A DNA stretch of 64,000 nucleotides from Bdellovibrionota bacterium (GCA_965207455.1 CBDBMJ010000003.1:192001-256000), one strand, 5' to 3'; positions 39,846-49,223 are shown, counted from the stretch's first letter. Numbers and translations: made by a program. Notes: a model not told the origin generated them from the letters alone.

Positions 39846-41051
39846 GTAACTAGTGGTCTAACCACTTAATTTTTTCACTTTTCTTGGAAGCGCAGTGCCG
39901 TGGCTTGTCGCATTTTTTGAGCAATCATTAAGACATGAATCCAGTAGAACTGAGTGATAGTGACTTACTCGAAATAAATAATGTTATAAAAAAAAGCGAA
40001 AATAACAGAATAGTTGTAAGGGCCATTGCCCTAAAAATGAAATATCTAAACCATACAAATATGGGTGCGGCAGAGGTTCTGAATATAACCCCTAGGACAG
40101 TGATTAATATTTGTAGCTACTATAGTAGCGGAAGGAATAGAATCTGCTTTAAACGATGACCCAAGACCAGGGAGGCCAGTAGAAATAGATGATAGAATAA
40201 AGTCTAAAATTGTTGCAATAGTCTGCAGTGACCCACCTGAAGCTTTTGATCGCTGGACATTGGAACTCATACAAGAGCAAGTAATAAAAGATGATATCGC
40301 TGAAAAAATAAGCAAAGAAAAAATCAGAATAATGCTCCAAGAGCATGATTTAAAACCTTGGAGATATGATATGTGGTGTGTGCCCAAGTTAGATAAAGAG
40401 TTTATCAATAGAATGGAAGATATATTAGATATCTATGAGATGCCTGTAGACGATAATGATCCTATAGTGTGCATTGATGAGAAATCGATCCAGTTACTTG
40501 ATAATAAGCGAGAGGAAAGTTGTACAAAAGAAGGGTCAATTAGAAAAATTGATCATGAATACAAGAGAAATGGAGCAGCAAATATATTTATGGCGGTAGA
40601 ACCCAAGAAGGGTATTTTTCATGCCAAGGTTACCGATAATAGGACGGGAAAAGATTTCGCTAAATATCTTTCTCAAATAGAAAGGAAGTATTCAAATTCT
40701 AAAAAAATCATTTTAGTAATGGATAATTTGAATACTCACAAAGAAAAATCATTACTCGATTTCTATGGAACGGATAAGGGGAAAAAGCTCTGGAAAAGAT
40801 TTGAAGTGCACTACACGCCAAAGCACGCCAGTTGGTTAAATCAAGCTGAGATCGCAATAGGTATGTACTCACGGCAGTGTCTGGGAAAAAGAAGAATTGG
40901 ATCTATCGAAGACCTGAGAAAAAAGACAAATGGTTGGGTCAGTGCAATTAATTCTAAAGAAGTAATAATTAAATGGAAATTTAACAAGGTCGAAGCTAGG
41001 GAAAAATTCAAATATAAAGTGAAAAAATTAAGTGGTTAGACCACTAGTTAC
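39846..41051 (+). mobile_element. IS630-family insertion sequence, 1206 bp, 36-bp perfect TIRs
   Basis: TIR GTAACTAGTGGTCTAACCACTTAATTTTTTCACTTT at 39846-39881, exact reverse complement at 41016-41051; flanked by CCTTCAGG at 39838-39845 and 41052-41059. Confidence 0.92.
39935..41039 (+). pseudogene. IS630 transposase with a frameshift near 40123
   Basis: HTH ORF 39935-40159; a second frame continues EGIESALNDDPRPGRP...RWTL into DDE motifs CIDEK, VMDNLNTH, HYTPKHASWLNQAE. Confidence 0.88.
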
Positions 41052-41311
41052 CCTTCAGGAAGCTTCTCCCCAGCCTTACAGTTGCCGACATGTGGGTCTC
41101 CAAAAGCACCATCAAGCTGCTGTTCACATGGCCTCCCAAGACAGTCAGCCAATGCTCCTTCCTTTAAGTCAGGCGAACACTTGGGATAATAAGTAGTCTC
41201 ACCTACCACACCGTAGCTCATATAATCAAATAGACCAGCAATAGCTCTTGGATTAGCAAATAAAGCAAGAATTATAAATAAACGAATATATAAAAAACCT
41301 AGATCAATCAC
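41052..41311 (-). pseudogene. 5' part of the IS-disrupted paralogue
   Basis: Signal peptide plus SY..VG...YYP.CSP.L....L..C...PC...CK..EKL.EG, matching the 708-aa N-terminus. Removing the IS and one TSD copy gives in-frame KLPEGNIIIQE. Confidence 0.85.
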
Positions 41312-42798
41312 TGTGCACTTTTCTTTTTAATTTGTTTGCCGCTTGCTGGTGTCGAGGATCTCTTAACCCTTAACCACCCTGTTTTCCTCTGACATCTGGG
41401 ATTGAGATAAGAGTAGCTATCTTTTATTACCTTGTCGGGATACTTTAGAATTTCACTCTTTCTGCTTTTCTCTGTAAGGCCCTTCATAAGCTTCTTCTTA
41501 CTTCCAAATGAGAGATCACTCTCATGTATAAATTTCTTAAACTTCTCAAGCGTTTTGTAATTTTTTATTCCCCTTACTATTTTTTGGTACTCTCCTATTT
41601 CCTTAGCACGTCTTTCTAACGTTTTTTTATTCTTATTTTCTATCCTCTTCTCCACGAGAACCTTAATCTCATCGATAAGCGTGTTCAAAGAGTCAACACC
41701 TTTTTTTAATTTACCACAATAATTATGCGCAAACGAAAATAAGCTTACACCAGCATTATGTGCCCATGTGGCCAATAAAATTGGGAACTTCAATTCGACT
41801 TCAATTTTGTTTGAGCCCCTACCTATGGAGTATGTTAAGCGCTGATTCTCTGGCTCAAGCCACTCTACTATTTCCCTAGCTGTTTTTCCAGTATCACCTT
41901 TTTTTCTCGTCAATTTCTTAAAATTATTTTGGCAATTACTTAAAAGTTTATTTGCTTCTGCAAGATTTTCCTTAAATTGAAGGGTGCTGTATAGCATACA
42001 CAAGTGGGGGTTTTCCAAAAACTGGCACCTGCGATATATGTAGATCACATCTTCAATATCTTTTCTTGACGTTGCACCAACAAATTTGGGAATCCTATCT
42101 GGAAAATTCTCATATCCATGAGATTTTCGAATCTTCTCTCTTGTACTTTTACATTGCTCAGATTTAAATTGCTTACTGAAAGCACTGTTCTTTTTAAAAT
42201 AATTATGTGTTTGCCGCACTGAATCGCCAGTGAGCTGCCCCAAGCAAGTAGCACCCCAATCGCTTTGCGCGTTTAGTTTAAGTTTAGATTCATGAATAAG
42301 TAAAGGCAGCATAGAAAAGTAATCAATACCCACACATTCTCCCACATCCCTTAAAGCTTCCTCAATACTTGCAACATAATTTTTATTAATGCAAAATGCT
42401 CCTCTTTTCATACTAAGGAGCCTTTTATTTTTCCAACTCACCTCTTGCCTTCTCAATTCCTCCTTGTATATTTTCCCATCGGTTCCTCTTCTCTCAACGA
42501 TTTCACCTGAGTCTATGCAGTAAGCATAAAACTTCCCTTTAATACCGACCTTCATAGCTGGCAATAAACAGCTGTAATCCTTACACCGTTTATCATCCCA
42601 GCGAGCAGAATTTTCATCCCAGTGGGCAGAACTTTCATCCCAGCGTTGACTATATTTTTCTATAATATCCTGCTTTTCTTCACATTCGCCAACATTTAAT
42701 CTGCACACAGCCAAGCATTCGCTAGGAACAAGCACAGGCAAGCAGAATAATATCAATGTAAAGAAGAGCTTTATTCTGTTCAGATACGGAGAAATCAT
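41308..42798 (-). CDS. Secreted SLT/lysozyme-like lytic transglycosylase-domain protein, paralogue A
   Basis: Signal peptide; LLIHESKLKLNAQSDWGATCLGQLT and LATWAHNAG correspond to SLT motifs ES, GLxQ and AYNAG. Confidence 0.7.
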   Translation of the reverse strand: MISPYLNRIKLFFTLILFCLPVLVPSECLAVCRLNVGECEEKQDIIEKYSQRWDESSAHWDENSARWDDKRCKDYSCLLPAMKVGIKGKFYAYCIDSGEIVERRGTDGKIYKEELRRQEVSWKNKRLLSMKRGAFCINKNYVASIEEALRDVGECVGIDYFSMLPLLIHESKLKLNAQSDWGATCLGQLTGDSVRQTHNYFKKNSAFSKQFKSEQCKSTREKIRKSHGYENFPDRIPKFVGATSRKDIEDVIYIYRRCQFLENPHLCMLYSTLQFKENLAEANKLLSNCQNNFKKLTRKKGDTGKTAREIVEWLEPENQRLTYSIGRGSNKIEVELKFPILLATWAHNAGVSLFSFAHNYCGKLKKGVDSLNTLIDEIKVLVEKRIENKNKKTLERRAKEIGEYQKIVRGIKNYKTLEKFKKFIHESDLSFGSKKKLMKGLTEKSRKSEILKYPDKVIKDSYSYLNPRCQRKTGWLRVKRSSTPASGKQIKKKSAQ

Positions 42799-42844
42799 TT
42801 TTCAAAAACCTCTAAAATTCAAACATAGTGTTTGGTAAAATAAA

Positions 42845-44434
42845 TTAATTGCCACGAGAACCGCCCTTGGCATTGCCTCCAGCACTGCCCCCTGAGGGGT
42901 TAAAACTAAGCCAGCCTATTTTTTCTTGGCATGATTGGGATTGTTTGTCAGCACGCACTGAATCCACATTGCCATAAATGTAATTATCAGGCTTGAGATA
43001 TTGATAACCATCCTCTATCGTACTTTCAATATAGCCTAAAATTTCTCTCGTTCTATTTATTTTTCCTTTCACAACCTTCTGAACTCCAGCATAAGCTTTT
43101 TTATTCAAGCTTTTTATGTGATTCATAAATGCTTCAAGTGTTTTGTATTTTTTCAGAATACCTAGCAATTCACTACTCTCGCCATGGGTTTTCACAATAT
43201 ACTCCTCGGTTGCGCTTCTATCATCCTTTTTTCTTTTTTTCTCTGCAATATCTCGTACTTCATTCTGCACATCATTCTTCACTTTCTTACCGCGCCTCAG
43301 TGCTCGTACTATTCTGTTGCAGTAGCTATCCACATAGCCAAATAATTCTCCGCCAACATTGTGTGCCCATGTGCCCAATAAAGTTTGTGCCTTAAGCTCA
43401 ACATTCGTTTTTTTATTTAAGGAGTATGTAAATTTCTGATCCTCTGGCTTAAGCCAATCTGCTATTTCCTTCGCTTTTTTTCCGCGAAACCCGTCAATCT
43501 TTTTTTGGCATTTCTTTAAATGAGCGGCTGCCCTGTCGGAATTCTTCTTAAAATAGAGCGTTGAATACAGCAGGCACAAATAAGGGTTATCTATAAACGC
43601 ACATCTAAATCTTGGTTCATCTGTATTGAATTTATGTATTTGATCATTGTCACTCCAATATGTGGGGAAATGTTCGTTTGGAAGAAATGGAAAATTTGCA
43701 TATTCCTCATTTTTTCGAATTTTATCCCTTGTATTTTTACATTCCGAATTCGTACTAAACCTCTGTATAAAATCAGTAGATTTTCTATCTGGAACCTTTC
43801 CTCTCTTGTTTTCCACAGGAGTTCTCTCTCCAAAATATTTTTTATTCACATCAGCTATTGCAACACCAGTGAGTTGCCCTAGGCAAGAGGCTCGAGCACC
43901 GCTTTGTGCATTCAGACCAATTCTAGACTCATGGATGAGCAATGGCAATATGGAAAAAGGCTCAATGCCCACGCACTTGCCCACTTCTTTTAAGGCATCC
44001 GCAATAACTGCAACATGCTTTTTATCAACACAAGGCTTACTCCTTCTTCTCATTCTGTTAGTCTCTTGGCGCCATTTGCCGGATTTATTTTTTTTACAAT
44101 ACGCATACCCACTACCTCTCGTGCTATCCTGCCATCTATTCCTTGGTGCTGATGCAAGGGCAGCCTCCATGGCTGGCAGCAAACAACCATAGTTTTCACA
44201 TTTTTTATTATCCCAACCAGGAGATAATTCATTCACTCTTTCCTGATGTTCGATTACAAGCTTATACCCTGCATGTTCATATATTCTTTCCTTACCCTTA
44301 TATTCCTTACACTTTTCCCGTATTGTACAAACACCCGATCCTTCAGCATGAGTAAACACTGATGCGAGCAAATAAATCAGCACTGCGCTCAACATAAATA
44401 AGAGATTTTTTTTATGTATGTGCTGGGAAAACAT
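42845..44434 (-). CDS. Secreted SLT/lysozyme-like lytic transglycosylase-domain protein, paralogue B
   Basis: Signal peptide; LLIHESRIGLNAQSGARASCLGQLT and GTWAHNVG; Cys pattern collinear with 41308-42798. Confidence 0.7.
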   Translation of the reverse strand: MFSQHIHKKNLLFMLSAVLIYLLASVFTHAEGSGVCTIREKCKEYKGKERIYEHAGYKLVIEHQERVNELSPGWDNKKCENYGCLLPAMEAALASAPRNRWQDSTRGSGYAYCKKNKSGKWRQETNRMRRRSKPCVDKKHVAVIADALKEVGKCVGIEPFSILPLLIHESRIGLNAQSGARASCLGQLTGVAIADVNKKYFGERTPVENKRGKVPDRKSTDFIQRFSTNSECKNTRDKIRKNEEYANFPFLPNEHFPTYWSDNDQIHKFNTDEPRFRCAFIDNPYLCLLYSTLYFKKNSDRAAAHLKKCQKKIDGFRGKKAKEIADWLKPEDQKFTYSLNKKTNVELKAQTLLGTWAHNVGGELFGYVDSYCNRIVRALRRGKKVKNDVQNEVRDIAEKKRKKDDRSATEEYIVKTHGESSELLGILKKYKTLEAFMNHIKSLNKKAYAGVQKVVKGKINRTREILGYIESTIEDGYQYLKPDNYIYGNVDSVRADKQSQSCQEKIGWLSFNPSGGSAGGNAKGGSRGN

Positions 44435-44437
44435 TTT

Positions 44438-45241
44438 TTAAACGCCCCCGAACTTCAAGCATAGTATCTGACGAACATAATACATGTCCTCGTAAGAATT
44501 TGGAGCACGCTCTGTCCATGGGTACTCCTCTAGTGAGGATTCATACTTTGGATCAAAATTCAAAAGGTAAGCACTTGGATTAAGGCAGTACTTTTTCTTA
44601 CTCCATTGAGAAAAGCCCATCGCCTTGAAAGCACGATCATAACTAGAAAATAAATATATTTTCATTTCAACTTCTTTCTCTAATTTTGCTGATTTTATCT
44701 TTCCGTAGTATTTCTCTTTTGCACGAAGGCCCAGTATTTCTCCCTGAATTTCGGAATGAAAATTAGTTATCATTTCTTTTATTTTTTTCTCGCCCGTCTC
44801 GTCACATGGAGCTTGAAATATCTTCTGTGCTATTTTTTTTGTTACAGGCAAATTTATTTTACCCACAATAGCTTCCACTTCCTTTTGTCTTTTCCGAGCT
44901 ATTTTTGCTTTTTCTTGCTTTTGCCTTCTTTGGTAAAACTTGGATTTCTTTGAGGACGTTTTTTCGGAGTTTTCTAGCTCACAAAATATGTTTTTATATA
45001 TCTTCTTTAGCTTTTTTGTGGGTTGACTCCCTTGCTCAGCAAGAGATAGCTGGGATGTGGAAAAAAAAGAGCAAAGCAGAAGTATCCATATGCACCCTTT
45101 CCAAGCAATAAAAAAGTGCCTAAAAATACACGGTAAATACTTATATTGTTGAAGTTGATTGAAAACTTTATTCCTAGCCATTCTTTTCATTATATACGGA
45201 AAATAACAAAGAAAGAAAAAATTCTCAACCGCTTTAACCAA
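44438..45241 (-). CDS. Hypothetical exported Lys-rich protein (start uncertain)
   Basis: Signal-like IWILLLCSFFSTSQLSLA; ends 3 bp before the next gene. Confidence 0.6.
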   Translation of the reverse strand: MVKAVENFFFLCYFPYIMKRMARNKVFNQLQQYKYLPCIFRHFFIAWKGCIWILLLCSFFSTSQLSLAEQGSQPTKKLKKIYKNIFCELENSEKTSSKKSKFYQRRQKQEKAKIARKRQKEVEAIVGKINLPVTKKIAQKIFQAPCDETGEKKIKEMITNFHSEIQGEILGLRAKEKYYGKIKSAKLEKEVEMKIYLFSSYDRAFKAMGFSQWSKKKYCLNPSAYLLNFDPKYESSLEEYPWTERAPNSYEDMYYVRQILCLKFGGV

Positions 45242-45285
45242 AGGCCCAAAGGCTGCTATGGAACCGCAAACAGGTAAAAAAGACC

Positions 45286-46026
45286 TTACTTGGGAAGCTT
45301 CTTTCTCTCTAACAGGCTCGCAACCAGAATGGATCCTTCATATAGAAGGTACAGGGGAACCATCATCAGGACCATGGAAAGCACATCGGGTGGAGCGCAT
45401 AGTGCGGACATAACGGCAATAGCAATAACTGCGGTCCGTCGGTTTTTTCGGAGAGTTTTTACATCCAGTACACCCACACAAACTAAAAATACCAGAACTA
45501 CGGGAAACTCAAAGGACAAGCCAAAGAGAAGTAGCAGTCGAAAAACGAGAGAAAAATATTCCTTCACGGTAATAAGAGGTATGTTTTGAGGTTGGCCAAA
45601 TTCTATGAAAAAAGGAAAGCCGCTGGGGAAAATAAAGTAATACGCAAAACTAGCACCAAGAAAGAAAAAGCAGGTGCCAAGAACAACAAAAGGAATGGCC
45701 ATACGCTTTTCCTGCTTGTGCATAGCGGGGGAAATAAAGGCCCATACTTGGTAAAAAATAACGGGCATGGCTAGGAGAAATCCCCCGATCATGGAAACAC
45801 GAAGGCCATTGAGAAAGCTTTCAAATAGCCCGGTAAAGTATAATTGCTGCTTGTCTGGAGGAAGCACCGCAAAGAGGGGTTGGGTAAAAAACGCCGTCAG
45901 CGGTTTATGGAATAAATAACACAGGGAGGAGGTGGCGATAAATGCCCACAGGCACCATAGCAGGCGTTTTCGTAGCTCTTCAAAGTGATCGACAAACGGT
46001 TTTTCTGAGTCTTCTGGCTTGGTCAT
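45286..46026 (-). CDS. tatC: Twin-arginine translocase subunit TatC
   Basis: DHFEELRKRL, YQVWAFISPAM, FGLSFEFP, PPDVLS, LYLLYE. Confidence 0.93.
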   Translation of the reverse strand: MTKPEDSEKPFVDHFEELRKRLLWCLWAFIATSSLCYLFHKPLTAFFTQPLFAVLPPDKQQLYFTGLFESFLNGLRVSMIGGFLLAMPVIFYQVWAFISPAMHKQEKRMAIPFVVLGTCFFFLGASFAYYFIFPSGFPFFIEFGQPQNIPLITVKEYFSLVFRLLLLFGLSFEFPVVLVFLVCVGVLDVKTLRKNRRTAVIAIAVMSALCAPPDVLSMVLMMVPLYLLYEGSILVASLLERKKLPK

Positions 46027-46083
46027 GGTTTTTTTTGTTTATTGCCTTTCTTCAATCAGTGATATATATACTTTTTATACGTT

Positions 46084-46704
46084 ATGCAAATAAAACTGGA
46101 AAATACGGGTATCGCATCGCTAGCACCAATCCTGGCGCTGCTTTTTTGGGGCACTAGTTGTACGGAAACCCCTCAGCCAAACAATCCAAACACATCAGGG
46201 GAACCTGTAAAAAACATAGGCGGAAAAGTGGAAACAACAAAATATGATCTCAGTGTGGACAAAAAAACAGGCCTGTCCAAAGCCATTGCTACTATGATTC
46301 TTGGCGACGGCTCAAAAATAGAGTGGCAATTCTTCACGGAAAAGGCGCCCAATACGGTTCGTCGAATCACACACCTTATCAGTACTGGTTTCTACAACAA
46401 TACCGTGTTTCACCGTGTAATTGACGGCTTTGTAGTACAGGGAGGCGACCCCACTGGTACCGGCACTGGCGGATCGGGAGAGAATATAAATGCAGAATTT
46501 AACGATATTAAACATGTGCTTGGGATCGTGTCCATGGCGCGTGCACAAGATGCGAACTCCGCAGACAGTCAATTTTTTATGATGACAGGAACCCATACCC
46601 ACTTAGATAAGAGCTATACTGGCTTTGGAAAAGTGGTCACCGGTGAAGGGCTTTTGAAAAAAATAAAAAAAGGCGATAAAATTAAAACCTTCACAATTAA
46701 ATAA
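46084..46704 (+). CDS. Cyclophilin-type peptidyl-prolyl isomerase, lipoprotein
   Basis: WGTSC lipobox-like; FHRVIDGFVVQGGDP, SMARAQDANSADSQFF. Confidence 0.9.
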   Translation: MQIKLENTGIASLAPILALLFWGTSCTETPQPNNPNTSGEPVKNIGGKVETTKYDLSVDKKTGLSKAIATMILGDGSKIEWQFFTEKAPNTVRRITHLISTGFYNNTVFHRVIDGFVVQGGDPTGTGTGGSGENINAEFNDIKHVLGIVSMARAQDANSADSQFFMMTGTHTHLDKSYTGFGKVVTGEGLLKKIKKGDKIKTFTIK

Positions 46705-46709
46705 AACCT

Positions 46710-46925
46710 CTAGGCTGCCCTAGCTTTTTGTCGCATAAAATGTTCCATCTTTTTTTCATAGTCCGGAACCATTTCTCCTCTTTTATTGATCAGACCAAAC
46801 TTGAACTGGTCGAAGTGCTCCAAGCAAAAATTATGTTTTATGGGTTTAGCATGACAACTTTTATGTTGGCACTGTAGTGGTGCCAGAACCCGAGCATTTT
46901 CTTTCTTTCCTTTTTTATCTCCCAT
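46710..46925 (-). CDS. Small hypothetical protein with Cys/His (putative Zn) motif
   Basis: AGGAGG RBS; CQHKSC...FCLEHF. Confidence 0.7.
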   Translation of the reverse strand: MGDKKGKKENARVLAPLQCQHKSCHAKPIKHNFCLEHFDQFKFGLINKRGEMVPDYEKKMEHFMRQKARAA

Positions 46926-47001
46926 TATTACCTCCTATTTTTTTAAAACAAGCTAACGTATTACTTGTTCCATCGGAGATTTGATCGCCCATCTTTAGCG
47001 C

Positions 47002-48225
47002 TTATTGGAAGTATTTTAAGATGAATTTACGGGCAATATAGGAGGGCTTCACACGCCAGTATTTTCCACTTGTAATGAGGGAGGCGAACGCAATTTTTCG
47101 ACTGGGATCTTCGGTGGACTGGGCAAAGCCCATGAACCAATCGTGTTTTCCTTTGGGATCTTCCCCCGTAAGCGAGCCCGTTTTACCACCGATAAATAAT
47201 TTAGAGAGTATGGGATGGCGCTGATAGTCCCTATAGTGACGACGAGCTGTTCCCTTCGTGATCGTCTTCTCCATCATTTGCGCTAACGTGTATGCCGTAT
47301 CAGGAGAAATCGCTTGTGGCAACAAGGCATTCTCTCTTGCATACACGGTATAACCACTGTGGTGGGTGAGCCTTTTTATAAAATAAGGGTTGGGAGTGAC
47401 ACCACCATTGATAATAGTGCCCGCGAGTAGGGCTGCCTGAAGTGGGCTAATGGTTTGTCGCTTAGTGTATCCCGAACCGCTTTCTGCAATCCCGAAAGAA
47501 TCTCCAGGAATGATGGCACGAGATATATCCACGGGCACGTCAAAGGATAGGGTTTGGTTAAAGCCGAGGGCATTTGCATACTGCTGGAGTTTTCTTTGGC
47601 CTATCTTGTGAATGGCCACTTTCCCAAAAACACTGTTGATGGATCTGGCTAGAGCGTCGTCCAGACGAACAAAACGAGTCCAGCGGTTACGTCCATACCC
47701 TAGGTTTTGCTTGTATAGTGAGGTGGCTGAACCATTGAAGGGAATGCGGGAGCTGGGACTAAGTTTTGCCCCTTCTATGGCAGCGGCCGAGGTAACCACT
47801 TTAAATATGCTAGCTGCAGGGAAGGATCCTCGAAGGGCAAGGTGTCCTTCATGACCTCCTCGACTATAATCCACCATGCTTAGGATGGCACCATTGCTGG
47901 GATCGATGGCCACAAATGCAGCATACTTGGGTTTATAGCGTTTATATAAGCGTTCGATGACTTCATTGAGTTCAGGTTTAATTGTGGAGTCCATCCGGTA
48001 CTCCTCTTCTTGAAGGTGAATTACCTGTTTTTGTAAGGGTTTATGTAGATCTAGCGGCTGGTCGCTCAATAGAGTATAGAGTTCCAGTCGAGTAAGGTTA
48101 GGCGGGGTGGTAGTCCAAAAAAAAAACAAGGAAAAAATGCTCAAAAGAGTTGCCACACTAAAAAGCAGGACAGCCCATTGCTTTACATGGTTTTTCATAC
48201 TATTTTCTTGCTTGGATAAAGACAC
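47002..48225 (-). CDS. Penicillin-binding transpeptidase-domain protein (no dimerisation or TG domain)
   Basis: TM anchor; SxxK (ASIFK), SxN (SIN), KTG (GKTGS). Confidence 0.87.
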   Translation of the reverse strand: MSLSKQENSMKNHVKQWAVLLFSVATLLSIFSLFFFWTTTPPNLTRLELYTLLSDQPLDLHKPLQKQVIHLQEEEYRMDSTIKPELNEVIERLYKRYKPKYAAFVAIDPSNGAILSMVDYSRGGHEGHLALRGSFPAASIFKVVTSAAAIEGAKLSPSSRIPFNGSATSLYKQNLGYGRNRWTRFVRLDDALARSINSVFGKVAIHKIGQRKLQQYANALGFNQTLSFDVPVDISRAIIPGDSFGIAESGSGYTKRQTISPLQAALLAGTIINGGVTPNPYFIKRLTHHSGYTVYARENALLPQAISPDTAYTLAQMMEKTITKGTARRHYRDYQRHPILSKLFIGGKTGSLTGEDPKGKHDWFMGFAQSTEDPSRKIAFASLITSGKYWRVKPSYIARKFILKYFQ

Positions 48226-48381
48226 TCTATTCCATTCTAGTCAATTCGTTGCTGTATGAAAAGGCTAAAAATACCTATTAAAATTATATTGCGCTTCACT
48301 AGGCTTGATTTTTCCCAATACCTGATATCTAATATTCTTAAGGATCCTTTTTTTTGTTTCATTGAATGGAGTACTCAAATT

Positions 48382-49218
48382 ATGTATATATCAAAAATCA
48401 CCTTTATTTTTTTAACCGCAATTCTAACCATGCAGGCTCATGGGGCGAAAACAAAAGGCGGGGTTCTTGCCAGTGTGGGAAACAAGCAAATCACCATTGA
48501 GGATATAAAAAGCCGACACAAGGATCTCCTACCTGCGCAAAAAGACTACCTCAACAAAAATGAAAAGGCCAAAGCCAACCTTTTAAAGAATTCCATTAAA
48601 GAGGAGATTTTAGTCCAAAAGGCTTTAGAGAAAAAAATAGACCAGGATCCAGCTTTTTTAGCTCGAATGGCCCAAATTCGACGTGCCATATTGACTCAGA
48701 CCTTAATTCAAAAAGAAATTGAACCCAAGCTTGCGGACAAAAATATTAGAAGATTTTATAACAAAAATAAAAGGCTCTACCGAACGGACAAGGTTCGAGC
48801 AATCCACATTTTACTCCCCACCAAAGAGGCTGCCAACGAAGTATACAAGCTAGCGAGAAAGACAAAAACCGACGATGCGTTTAAAGAGCTAGCTCGGAAA
48901 CATTCCAAAGATCCCTCTGTGGCTAGAAATCTGGGCGACTTAAATTTCTTTGAATACGGTCAAATGGTTCCTGAGTTCTCCAAAGTGGCTTTCGCTTTGA
49001 AGAAGGGACAGATTAGTCAGCCCGTAAAAACTTCCTTCGGTTACCATATCATTAAAATGATCGACACGAAAAAGGGGAAACGATCCAAATTTAAAACCGT
49101 AAAGAACAAAGTGAAATCGGATCTGAACCGTAGCCTTATTAAAAAACTTATCGACAAGTTTAAAAAGGAAGTTGCAGTAAAGATAAACACCGACCAGCTT
49201 AAAAATCTAAAATTCTAG
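48382..49218 (+). CDS. PpiC/parvulin-type peptidyl-prolyl isomerase (PrsA/SurA-like)
   Basis: VRAIHILL, FKELARKHSKD, GDLNFF, MVPEF, PVKTSFGYHIIK. Confidence 0.9.
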   Translation: MYISKITFIFLTAILTMQAHGAKTKGGVLASVGNKQITIEDIKSRHKDLLPAQKDYLNKNEKAKANLLKNSIKEEILVQKALEKKIDQDPAFLARMAQIRRAILTQTLIQKEIEPKLADKNIRRFYNKNKRLYRTDKVRAIHILLPTKEAANEVYKLARKTKTDDAFKELARKHSKDPSVARNLGDLNFFEYGQMVPEFSKVAFALKKGQISQPVKTSFGYHIIKMIDTKKGKRSKFKTVKNKVKSDLNRSLIKKLIDKFKKEVAVKINTDQLKNLKF

Positions 49219-49223
49219 CATTC

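Noticed and set aside
36242..46026. Cluster proteins as dedicated Tat substrates of the adjacent tatC
   Set aside because: No twin-arginine motif in their signal peptides; they look Sec-type, so adjacency may be incidental.
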